50,264 bases of DNA, from assembly GCF_902782855.1 (NCBI RefSeq), contig NZ_CACZOO010000144.1:1-50264 (forward strand), given 5' to 3'. Each line of letters starts with the position of its first letter. Position 1 is the first letter of the stretch. Under the pieces are notes generated by a model, which saw only the letters and a list, made by a program, of their open reading frames with translations, had not been told where the DNA came from and did no database searches. A program made the position numbers and the translations under genes. The DNA is from an uncultured Corynebacterium sp. GTDB lineage: Bacteria > Actinomycetota > Actinomycetes > Mycobacteriales > Mycobacteriaceae. Positions 39,653 to 50,264 of the stretch are shown piece by piece.

Positions 39653-40375
39653 TCAGGCGAGGTTGAAGGTGCCCGGTTCGGACACCTTGTCACCGAGGTG
39701 CCCGTAGAGCAGGAAAGCCCCGGTGCCGGCATCCGCCCGGTCGGTGCACTCGTCCGGGGCTGAGGTGGTGCGCGACCAACCGTTCAGTGCGAAGTTGCGG
39801 GATTCCCCGGCGGTCAGGTCAATGTCCTGGGTCACTGTCGGCTCGTTGCAGTCCGTGTCACCCCAGATCCGCTCGTAGGAGGCGAGGTTGAAAACCTCGA
39901 AGCTCATCGGGTTCGCCGCGAGATCCACGGTGCAGTCGGCCCCGGAGGTGTTGGTGACGCTCATGATGAAGTCCGGAAGCTGACCTGCGGCGTACGTCGG
40001 GGCGCCGGCGCGGACCTCCAGCCGCAGCACGTCCGGGGAGCAGACGGTGCCCGGCTCAACGGCCCCGGTGGTCTCCCCGTCCCGGTGGTCGGCGGCACTC
40101 CCCTGCCCGGAGGTGCCGGTCGCCTCCTGTGTCGACGCCCCGGCGGAGCGGGCGGACCCGGTCGCGCCCGTGGCACGGGACACGGTGCCGGAGGTCGTCA
40201 CAGGACCCGTTGAACCGTCCGCCACGGAGTCTGATCCGCCACCACCGGTGATCGCGCGGACGATGAGCACCAGTACCACGACAATCGCCAGCAGTCCGAC
40301 CCCGGCGGCGATACGACGGCGACGGTAGATCTCCGGGGGCAGGGGGCGGTTGTACGGACTCGTGGGCTGGCTCAC
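39653..40375 (-). CDS. Conserved single-TM membrane protein (Rv3587c-like)
   Basis: PLPPEIYRRRR, TM helix, low-complexity linker, four-Cys domain with WSRTTS; synteny. Confidence 0.8.
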   Translation of the reverse strand: MSQPTSPYNRPLPPEIYRRRRIAAGVGLLAIVVVLVLIVRAITGGGGSDSVADGSTGPVTTSGTVSRATGATGSARSAGASTQEATGTSGQGSAADHRDGETTGAVEPGTVCSPDVLRLEVRAGAPTYAAGQLPDFIMSVTNTSGADCTVDLAANPMSFEVFNLASYERIWGDTDCNEPTVTQDIDLTAGESRNFALNGWSRTTSAPDECTDRADAGTGAFLLYGHLGDKVSEPGTFNLA

Positions 40376-40409
40376 GCCGACCAGTCTATCCAGCGGATGC
40401 CCGGCTTTC

Positions 40410-40475
40410 CGGTCACGACACGGTCACGACACGATCACGACACCGCCACGCCACAGCCACGCCACAGCCACTCCC
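40410..40475. repeat. 11-bp tandem array 1 (CGGTCACGACA drifting to CAGCCACGCCA, 6 units)
   Basis: cggtcacgaca cggtcacgaca cgatcacgaca ccgccacgcca cagccacgcca cagccactccc. Confidence 0.8.
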
Positions 40476-40485
40476 GGTGCCGCCG

Positions 40486-40562
40486 CCGGTCTGTGCCCGG
40501 TCTGTGCCCGGCCTGTGCCCGGCGCGTGCCCGGCACGTGCCCGGCACGTGCCCGGCACCTGC
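40486..40562. repeat. 11-bp tandem array 2 (CCGG-N4-TGC, 7 units)
   Basis: ccggtctgtgc x2, ccggcctgtgc, ccggcgcgtgc, ccggcacgtgc x2, ccggcacctgc. Confidence 0.85.
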
Positions 40563-41231
40563 TCAGTCCAACGGCTGCCGGGGGACACCGTCGATGGTCG
40601 TCCCGTAGTTCACGACTGGTTCGGTCAACCCGTCGGACAGCCGGTAGCGCATGCCGACGACCCCCACGGTGCCCTCCTTCAGCCGGTGGAGGATCTGCGG
40701 GGAGCGGTCCACGATGTGCGCCGCGATCTCCACGACGTGGTGACGCTCGAAGTCCGCGGTGGACTCCCTGCCCTGCGCGCGGGACGCCAGGAGCGAGGGT
40801 GTCACCTTCTCCACCAGTACCCGTTGGAAACCGGAGGGCAGCTCACCGGTCTCCAGAGCCTTCTGCGCGGCGCCGACCGCACCACAGCTCTCGTGGCCGA
40901 GCACCACGACCAACGGGACGCCGAGACCGACGACCGCGAACTCCAGCGACGCCAGCACCGAGAGGTCGGTGATCTCCCCGGCGGTGCGGATGACGAAGAT
41001 GTCACCGAGGCCCTGGTCGAAGATGATCTCCACCGGGACACGTGAGTCGGAACAGGCCAGAACGACGGCGAAGGGACGCTGTCCGGTGGTCATCAGTTCA
41101 CGACGGGCGCCGTCCTGCCGGGGGTGGGCGGATTCCTCGGCCATGAACCGGGCGTTACCGCGGATGAGGGAATCCAGCGCCTCCTGTGGGGTGCGGGACG
41201 CCGCGGACACTGCAGTCTGATCTGTGGTCAT
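40563..41231 (-). CDS. Beta-class carbonic anhydrase
   Basis: GNARF, ACSDSRV, GDIFVIRTAG, LGHESCGAV zinc ligands. Confidence 0.95.
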   Translation of the reverse strand: MTTDQTAVSAASRTPQEALDSLIRGNARFMAEESAHPRQDGARRELMTTGQRPFAVVLACSDSRVPVEIIFDQGLGDIFVIRTAGEITDLSVLASLEFAVVGLGVPLVVVLGHESCGAVGAAQKALETGELPSGFQRVLVEKVTPSLLASRAQGRESTADFERHHVVEIAAHIVDRSPQILHRLKEGTVGVVGMRYRLSDGLTEPVVNYGTTIDGVPRQPLD

Positions 41232-41333
41232 GGAAAACTATTGTGCCACCCCCGTGCCGCCGGGCCGGATCAGACCTGCCGCCGGCGCCCACCGGTTGGT
41301 CCGACGCCCGCCGCTGAGGCACAGTGGACCATC

Positions 41334-42323
41334 ATGACAGCACCCGCTTCCGCCGACCGCGCCCCGTCAGAGCCCCACCGTGCGCCCGGTGCGCCGCACT
41401 CACTGGGAGAACTGCTCAACGAGTGGTTCGACCGGACCGCCCGTCCGCTGCCCTGGCGTGAGCCCGGCACAACCGCCTGGGCGGTGGTTCTCAGTGAGGT
41501 CATGTCGCAGCAGACCCCCGTCGCCCGCGTGGAACCGCTGTGGCGGGACTGGATGGAGCGGTGGCCGACCCCGACGGATCTGGCTGCTGCCCCCGTCGAC
41601 GAGGTTCTCCGTGCCTGGGCGAACCTCGGCTACCCGCGCAGGGCGCTGCGGCTGCGCGAGTGTGCCCGGACGATCGTCGCGCGGCACGGTGGCGAGGTCC
41701 CCTCGACCGTTTCCGAGCTGCTCGCCCTGCCCGGTATCGGCGGCTACACCGCCAGGGCTGTCGCCGCCTTCGCCTTCGGGACGGCGGTCCCGGTCGTGGA
41801 CACGAATGTCCGACGGGTCCAGCGCCGGATCGTGCGCGGGGAGTACCTGCAGGGCCCGGCGAAGGCCCGCGATCTCGCCGACGTCGCCGACCTCATGCCG
41901 TGGGTCGACGAGGACCCTGACCTGACGAAACGCGGTTACACCAGCCCGCTGCACGACCGTGGACGCCGCCGTGAGGCGTTGGGGATGTGCGCCTCCCTCA
42001 TGGAGCTCGGGGCGACGGTGTGCACAGCCCGGTCCCCGCGCTGCGGGGAGTGCCCGGTCGCCTCACGTTGCCGCTGGCTTGCCCTGGGGCGCCCCGAGCC
42101 CTCCGATGCCGCGAAGGCGGAGGCGAAGCGGCGGGTGCAGAAGTTCGAGGGCACCGACCGTCAGGTGCGTGGCCGGATCATGGCGGTGCTGCGTGCCCGG
42201 GGGTCGGCGGAGAGCTTCCCGGATTCCGGCCCGGACGCCGCACAGCGTGACCGTGCCCTGGCGTCCCTGCTCGCCGACGGACTGGTGGAACGCCACGACG
42301 GGGGCTACCGCCTGCCGCGGTAG
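41334..42323 (+). CDS. mutY: A/G-specific adenine glycosylase (short actinobacterial form)
   Basis: SEVMSQQT, LGYPRRA, HhH LPGIGGYTA, VDTNVRR, FeS motif CTARSPRCGECPVASRC. Confidence 0.93.
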   Translation: MTAPASADRAPSEPHRAPGAPHSLGELLNEWFDRTARPLPWREPGTTAWAVVLSEVMSQQTPVARVEPLWRDWMERWPTPTDLAAAPVDEVLRAWANLGYPRRALRLRECARTIVARHGGEVPSTVSELLALPGIGGYTARAVAAFAFGTAVPVVDTNVRRVQRRIVRGEYLQGPAKARDLADVADLMPWVDEDPDLTKRGYTSPLHDRGRRREALGMCASLMELGATVCTARSPRCGECPVASRCRWLALGRPEPSDAAKAEAKRRVQKFEGTDRQVRGRIMAVLRARGSAESFPDSGPDAAQRDRALASLLADGLVERHDGGYRLPR

Positions 42324-42367
42324 CCCCCGTCGGGGCGGAGGCGTCAGGATGACGTCCCCGGGTGACG

Positions 42368-44992
<2,625 letters not shown>

Positions 44993-45070
44993 GAGCTCTC
45001 CCTTACTCGCGGGGTCGGATACGGGCACCACCTTAGTGACTTCCCGACCCACCGTTGACTCACCATCGTC

Positions 45071-45096
45071 AACGTCACCCCTCCGGCGGGTGTTCC
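45071..45096 (-). promoter_or_regulatory. SigH/SigE-type promoter of clpC
   Basis: GGAA-N19-GTT on the minus strand (GGAACacccgccggaggggtgacGTTGA). Confidence 0.65.
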
Positions 45097-45168
45097 CGGT
45101 GCCGACGACCCCCTCGAGCCCCATGAACGTGCAGGTCACCATGGTTTTTTCTGATGATTCACGACGTT

Positions 45169-45186
45169 GTACGCCGTCAGCGAACA
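45169..45186 (-). promoter_or_regulatory. ClgR operator upstream of clpC
   Basis: TGTTCGCTGACGGCGTAC matches the consensus WNNWCGCYNANRGCGWWS at all positions. Confidence 0.8.
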
Positions 45187-45247
45187 GACGCATCCGGTGC
45201 TCGCTTCCTCAAAAACAAGTAAACGGCCGAATCCGGACATTTCTATC

Positions 45248-45263
45248 TGTAACCTGGATTACA
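45248..45263. promoter_or_regulatory. GlxR/CRP-like palindrome upstream of the acyl-CoA synthetase
   Basis: TGTAA-cctgga-TTACA versus the consensus TGTGA-N6-TCACA. Confidence 0.55.
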
Positions 45264-45328
45264 CAAGGGCGTGTGGACCACCGCCCGTCACCACCTGCCA
45301 TCCCGCAACATCAGAGAGAAGGACCACC

Positions 45329-47095
45329 ATGAGCGGATCTGATCCCGCCGTCACCCTCAGGGAGCTACCGAAGCTCGCCGAGGGCACCCTGCCCCTGTTC
45401 AAGTCCGGCGTCCTGGGACTCATGGGCCCGCTGGCGATGGGTAAGGCCCTGAAGTCGATATACCAGTGGTCCTTCACCCCCGCCGGTCTGCTCTCTCTCG
45501 GGGCGGCACAGGACCCGTACCACACCGCCGTCATCGACGACGCCGGCTCGATCACCTACAGCGAGCTCCACGACCAGACGAACAAGCTGGCCCAGGCACT
45601 GTACCGCACCGGTGTCCGGGAGCGCGACAGGATCGGGATGCTCAGCCGCAACCACCGTGGCTTCCTCATGACCCTGTGCGCCCACGGCCGCCTCGGCACC
45701 GACATCGTCCTGTTCAACACCGGTGCCTCCGCGTCCCAGACCCGCGCGGTGATGAAGGAGCAGAAGATCGACCTGCTGTTCATCGACGAGGAGTTCATCC
45801 CGCTGCTGCCCAAGGGCTTCGACGAGTGCCCGGTGATCATCAACTGGGAGGAGAACCAGGATTCCGCCGCCGCCCCACTGACCGACGAGGAGAAGGAGCG
45901 TAAGGCCTCCCTCGGCTACGACGTCATCGAGTACGCCTCCAACGTCGCCGAGGCGAAGGAGTCCGAGGACCATGCGGTGCGCAACGCCCAGTGGCCGACC
46001 CTCACCGAGGTGCTGCGCACCTCCCCCGGCACCGAGAAGATCCCGGGCCACCCGCGCCGCGGACGCACCATCATCCTCACCTCCGGCACGACCGGCACCC
46101 CGAAGGGCGCCCGACGCCCGGAACCGAAGACCTACCTGCCGGCGTCCTCGATCATGTCGCGCATCCCGCTGAAGCACCACCGCGGCTACTACGTGCCGGC
46201 CCCGATGTTCCACCTCTGGGGCTTCTGCCAGATCCAGCTGGGTCTCGCACTGCGCGCGACGTTCATCCTGCAGCGCAAGTTCAACCCGCGGGACGCCGTG
46301 AAGCTCATCGAGGCGAACCGGCCGGACACGATCGCCATCGTCCCGACGCAGCTGCGCCGTCTGCTGGAGGTTGTCCCGGAGAAGTTCAACCCCGGCGTGC
46401 GCAACATCGTCGCCTGTGGTGAGGCACTGCCGCCGCGCGTCATCCGTGACACCCACGAGAAGTTCGGCAAGGTGCTCTACAACCTCTACGGGTCCACCGA
46501 GGTCTCCTGGGCGTCCATCGCGAAGCCGGACGAGCTCGAGGCCCACCCGACGACCGCCGGCAAAGCCCCGATGGCGACGACTCTGAAGGTCGTCGACGAC
46601 GAGGGCAACGACCTGCCCGAGGGTGAGATCGGCCGCGTCTTCGTCGGCAACGACCTCCTCTTCGACGGCTACACCCGTCCGGGCGTGGACAAGGAGAACC
46701 TGCACGGTCTGGTCTCCACCGGGGACCTCGGCTACTTCAAGGACGGCCTGTTCTACCTCGCCGGGCGCAGCGACGACATGATCGTCTCCGGCGGCGAGAA
46801 CGTCTATCCACAGGAGGCGGAGGACGTGATCTCGGACCTTCCGGAGGTCTACGAGGTCGCCGTGCACGGTGTGCCCGACCCCGATTTCGGCCAGGCACTG
46901 GCCTGCTACGTCGTCCTCAACGAGGGCGAGACCGAGGACGGCTTCGCCGAGAAGGCCAAGCTCGCGGTGAAGGCCAAGCTGGCCCGCCACAACGTGCCCC
47001 GCTACTTCGTGTTCATGGACGTGCTGCCGCGCAACGCGGTCGGCAAGATCGTCCCGCGTGAGCTGCCGAAGATCGACAACGGCATGGAGGACTGA
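45329..47095 (+). CDS. Acyl-CoA synthetase (FadD2/FadD12-like)
   Basis: LTSGTTGTPKG, YGSTE, TGDLG, GRSDDMIVSGGENVYP, LPRNAVGK. Confidence 0.93.
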   Translation: MSGSDPAVTLRELPKLAEGTLPLFKSGVLGLMGPLAMGKALKSIYQWSFTPAGLLSLGAAQDPYHTAVIDDAGSITYSELHDQTNKLAQALYRTGVRERDRIGMLSRNHRGFLMTLCAHGRLGTDIVLFNTGASASQTRAVMKEQKIDLLFIDEEFIPLLPKGFDECPVIINWEENQDSAAAPLTDEEKERKASLGYDVIEYASNVAEAKESEDHAVRNAQWPTLTEVLRTSPGTEKIPGHPRRGRTIILTSGTTGTPKGARRPEPKTYLPASSIMSRIPLKHHRGYYVPAPMFHLWGFCQIQLGLALRATFILQRKFNPRDAVKLIEANRPDTIAIVPTQLRRLLEVVPEKFNPGVRNIVACGEALPPRVIRDTHEKFGKVLYNLYGSTEVSWASIAKPDELEAHPTTAGKAPMATTLKVVDDEGNDLPEGEIGRVFVGNDLLFDGYTRPGVDKENLHGLVSTGDLGYFKDGLFYLAGRSDDMIVSGGENVYPQEAEDVISDLPEVYEVAVHGVPDPDFGQALACYVVLNEGETEDGFAEKAKLAVKAKLARHNVPRYFVFMDVLPRNAVGKIVPRELPKIDNGMED

Positions 47096-47285
47096 GCGGA
47101 CGCCGCCTGAGGCACCCCTCTCCTGCCCTGCCCCGGCCCGCCGCCCGTGCGGTGGACCGGGGCTTCGTGCTGTCCGGGCCGCGGCTCGCCGTTCTCATAC
47201 CCGGGGATGACGACCGGTGCCAGGCACAGCGGCACCATGGAGGAGACAGTGTCATCAGTTCCCAGGAAGGAGCAGCGTTTCCACC

Positions 47286-47612
47286 ATGATCCACCTCGCA
47301 GAAACCACCGGCACCTCCGATTCCGGAGGATGGTGGTTCGTTGTCCTGATCCTCGTCGCGGCGGTCGTCATCGCGCTTGCGGTGCTGTTCATTGCAGCGC
47401 TCGTCAGCATTCTGAGAACCCGCACCCTGACTGTCGGTGGCAAGGTCCTGTGGGTCATCGCAGCCTTCGTGTTCCCGGTGCTGGGACCGCTGGTCTGGTT
47501 CCTCTGGGGGCGCGGCGCGCAACTCTCCAGGGGTCCGTACAGGGATCCGTACAGGGATCCGTACGCACCGACGGACACCAACTGGCGGGCACCGGGCAGC
47601 GGACGGTTCTGA
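47286..47612 (+). CDS. Small membrane protein with a PLDc_N-like domain
   Basis: ALVSIL..KVLWVIAAFVFPVLGPLVWFLWG pattern; AGGAG upstream. Confidence 0.8.
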   Translation: MIHLAETTGTSDSGGWWFVVLILVAAVVIALAVLFIAALVSILRTRTLTVGGKVLWVIAAFVFPVLGPLVWFLWGRGAQLSRGPYRDPYRDPYAPTDTNWRAPGSGRF

Positions 47613-47648
47613 TCCCCTGCTCCGTCTACCGGCCCGCCGCCCTGTGCA

Positions 47649-47737
47649 GCCACCAGTACCGTCACGCGGAAATCAGGTACCTGACTACCGCATCTCGGTA
47701 CTGGTAGCGACCGTGAAGCCCCCTCGGTACTGGTGGC
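47649..47737. repeat. REP/MITE-like palindromic element, copy B (60-bp core 47649-47708)
   Basis: 54/60 identical to the copy A core; same extra CTCGGTACTGGTGGC half-unit at a 29-nt offset. Confidence 0.8.
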
Positions 47738-47819
47738 GACACCCCGCGTGCCCATTCCCCGGGGTCCTGAGCCGCCTCACTTCCACCCCCAGGGCTGCGG
47801 ATCTGCGTCAGGCACGGAA

Positions 47820-47850
47820 GCGGCGCCCGGTCATTGTGACCGGGCGCCGC
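47820..47850. terminator. GC-rich hairpin (likely terminator of the fadE operon)
   Basis: GCGGCGCCCGGTCA-ttg-TGACCGGGCGCCGC, perfect 14-bp stem. Confidence 0.75.
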
Positions 47851-47903
47851 TGTCGCGTCTGCCCTGGACGGGTACGGGTACCACCGGTACCCACTCTGAC
47901 CTG

Positions 47904-49109
47904 CTACTTCAGCTGGGCGGAGGAGAGGTTCAGCTCGCGGCGTGCGACGACGAGCTGCTGGATCTGCTGGGTACCCTCGAAGATGTCGAGGATCTTGGAG
48001 TCACGGGCCCACTTCTCGAGCAGGGAGCGCTCGGAGTAACCGAAGGAACCGGCGAGCTCCACGGCGCGCAGGGTCAGCTCGGTCGCCATGCGACCGGCCT
48101 TCGCCTTGCACTCGGAGGCCTCCTTGTTGTTCGGCTGCTTGTTGTCGGCCATCCATGCGGCCTTCAGGGTCAGCAGGTAGGCCGCCTCCCAGTCGGCCTC
48201 GAGGCGGATGTACTCGGAGGCTGCCGCGGTCTGGTTCCAGGCCGGGGCGTCGTAGTCGATCTCCACGCCGGCCTCGGTGAGGATCTCACGGAGCTTCTCG
48301 AGGGAAGCCCGGGCGACACCGACGGCCATGCCGGCGACCAGCGGGCGGGTGTTGTCGAAGGTCGCCATGGCACCCGCGAAGGACTTCTTGGTGTCGATCT
48401 CCGGGGAACCGAGCAGGTTCTCCTTCGGCACGCGGACGTTGTCCAGGATGAAGTGGGCGGTGTCCGAGGACCGGATGCCCAGCTTGTGCTCCAGGCGAAC
48501 CAGCTCGAAACCGGGGGTGTCGCGCGGGACGAGGAAGGACTTGATGGCGGCGCGGCCGGCGGACTTGTCGAGGGTCGCCCACACGACGACGTGGTCACAG
48601 CGTTCACCGGCGGTGACGAAGATCTTCTCCCCGTTGAGGACGTAGTCGTCACCGTCGAGCTTGGCGGTGGTGGCCACGGCGGCGGAGTCGGAACCGAACT
48701 GGGGCTCGGTGATGGCCATGGCGGCCCACACCTTGCCGAAACGCTTGAGCTGCTCATCGGTGGCGACGGCGGCGACAGCTGCGTTGCCCAGGCCCTGGTA
48801 CGGCAGGGACAGGGTCAGTCCGACGTCGCCCCAGCAGGTCTCGATGACGTTGATCAGTGACGCCATGTTGCCGCCGTTGCGGACACCGGCGTCCTTCTTC
48901 CTGTCACCACGGCCACCGGACGCGCCGGCCATGTCGCCGCCACCGTCGGTCATCCCCTCGACGAGGGAGGCCATGGTGTCGAGCTCGACGGGACGCTCGT
49001 GCTCGGCGAGGTCATACTTGCGGGAGATCGGACGGAAGATCTGCGCTGCGGCCTGGTGCGCCTGGTTGGCGGTGGCCCGCAGCTTCTTCGGGAGTTCGAG
49101 GTTGATCAT
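47904..49109 (-). CDS. Acyl-CoA dehydrogenase, FadE23-like
   Basis: MINLELPKKL N-terminus, AMAITEP, LNGEKIFVT, KLGIRSSDT, RDSKILDIFEGTQQIQ. Confidence 0.92.
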   Translation of the reverse strand: MINLELPKKLRATANQAHQAAAQIFRPISRKYDLAEHERPVELDTMASLVEGMTDGGGDMAGASGGRGDRKKDAGVRNGGNMASLINVIETCWGDVGLTLSLPYQGLGNAAVAAVATDEQLKRFGKVWAAMAITEPQFGSDSAAVATTAKLDGDDYVLNGEKIFVTAGERCDHVVVWATLDKSAGRAAIKSFLVPRDTPGFELVRLEHKLGIRSSDTAHFILDNVRVPKENLLGSPEIDTKKSFAGAMATFDNTRPLVAGMAVGVARASLEKLREILTEAGVEIDYDAPAWNQTAAASEYIRLEADWEAAYLLTLKAAWMADNKQPNNKEASECKAKAGRMATELTLRAVELAGSFGYSERSLLEKWARDSKILDIFEGTQQIQQLVVARRELNLSSAQLK

Positions 49110-49137
49110 TTCTTATGCTCCTTCGAGTGGTTGCGGA

Positions 49138-50264
49138 CTAGAGGACGACGACGCCCTCGGCGACACCGACGGCACGCAGGTCGCGGTACCACCGCTCGAC
49201 CGGGTGCTCCTTGGTGAAGCCGTGGCCGCCGAGCAGCTGGACGCCGTCGGAACCGATCTGCATGCCCTTGTCAGCGGCGAAGCGGCGGGCGAGGCCGGCC
49301 TCACGGTTGAAGGAGCGGCCCTGGTCGAGGCGGGAGACGCCACGGTAGGTGATCAGCTGGAGGGCATCGAGTTCGATGCGGATGTTGGCGACCATGAAGG
49401 CGACGGCCTGACGGTTGGCGATCGGCTCGCCGAAGGCGGTGCGCTCCAGGACGTAGGGCTTGACGTACTCGAGGACGGCCTCGGAGGTGCCGGTGGCCAA
49501 CGCCGCCCAGCCGAGGCGGGCGCGGCGGATGATCTCGGCGTAGTTCTCGCCGCGGGTGTCGGCGTCCAGCTCGGCGCCGCCGAGCAGGTTGGCGGCCGGG
49601 ACCTTGACGTCCTTGAGCAGGACACGGCCCAGGGACGCTGCACGCAGACCCATGGACGGGTCGGCCTCGACAACGACGCCTTCGGTGGAGGACTCGACGA
49701 TGGCGAAGGTGTTCACACCGTCGAGGTCGACGGCGATGACGAAGAGCTCGGCGGAACCCGCGTTGGGGACCATGGTCTTCACACCGTTGATGACGATGTG
49801 GTCACCCTCGCGCTTGGCGGTGGTCTGCAGGACGAAGGGGTCGAACAGGGCGCGCTGTTCGTTGACGATGACCGCGGAGACCGGGACGTTCTCACCGGAG
49901 AACTCCGGGAGGTAGGTCTTCTGCTGGGCGTCGTCACCGTAGTTGGTGATGGTGTTCGCGACGCCGGCGGGGGCGAGGATCGCGACGGCCTGGCCCATGT
50001 CGCCGAAGGCGAGGGCCTCGGCGACCATGGCCCCGGTGGTGGCGGATGACTCGGCGGCGAGTCCCTCGTACTCCTCCGGGAGGTTGATCAGGGAGATACC
50101 GAGCTCGGCAGCGGCCGCGAGAACCTCGGGGGAGGTGACGGCGGCCTCGTTGGCGTCGTGGGCGACGGGGCGGAGCTGGTCCTCGGCGAACTCGCGGACG
50201 GCACCGACGAGCATCTCCTGGTCTTCGGTCGGGGTGAGGTCGAAGAGCACCTTCGCGGGGCGCG
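49138..50264 (-). CDS. Acyl-CoA dehydrogenase, FadE24-like (5' end beyond the window)
   Basis: FDLTPTEDQ, MGLRAA, RTAFGEPI, GVQLLGGHGFTKEHPVERWYRDLR with a short C-terminus. Confidence 0.9.
   Translation of the reverse strand, partial: RPAKVLFDLTPTEDQEMLVGAVREFAEDQLRPVAHDANEAAVTSPEVLAAAAELGISLINLPEEYEGLAAESSATTGAMVAEALAFGDMGQAVAILAPAGVANTITNYGDDAQQKTYLPEFSGENVPVSAVIVNEQRALFDPFVLQTTAKREGDHIVINGVKTMVPNAGSAELFVIAVDLDGVNTFAIVESSTEGVVVEADPSMGLRAASLGRVLLKDVKVPAANLLGGAELDADTRGENYAEIIRRARLGWAALATGTSEAVLEYVKPYVLERTAFGEPIANRQAVAFMVANIRIELDALQLITYRGVSRLDQGRSFNREAGLARRFAADKGMQIGSDGVQLLGGHGFTKEHPVERWYRDLRAVGVAEGVVVL

Noticed and set aside
40410-40562. Possible CRISPR array or iteron/origin
   Set aside because: Contiguous 11-bp units without spacers, GC-rich, with no rep gene or AT-rich unwinding element

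Overview
High-GC actinobacterial chromosome segment, most likely Corynebacterium, judged from gene order. It spans the conserved backbone purD-hit-phoS/phoR-tRNA-Thr-thrE-otsA/otsB-ipsA-znuACB-rlmB-cysS-carD-lpqE-radA-carbonic anhydrase-mutY-clpC-fadD-fadE23/fadE24. Accessory inserts interrupt it: (1) a divergent PadR/ABC-exporter block with three TTAC-N3-GTAA operator-like palindromes and a HicB-like remnant; (2) a two-gene crtB-crtI carotenoid cassette; (3) a TetR/DJ-1/epimerase module; (4) an MFS gene plus decayed DNA that separates cysS from rlmB. ispD/ispF are absent between carD and cysS, where a neocarzinostatin-fold lipoprotein and an FAH-family gene lie instead. disA is absent after radA. 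Non-coding structure includes two copies of a 60-bp palindromic REP/MITE-like element, drifting 11-bp tandem arrays, PhoR-, Zur-, ClgR-, SigH- and GlxR-like sites, and about 16 apparently leaderless genes. I found no CRISPR array, prophage, integrase or intact transposase. All calls come from reading motifs by eye; no searches were run.
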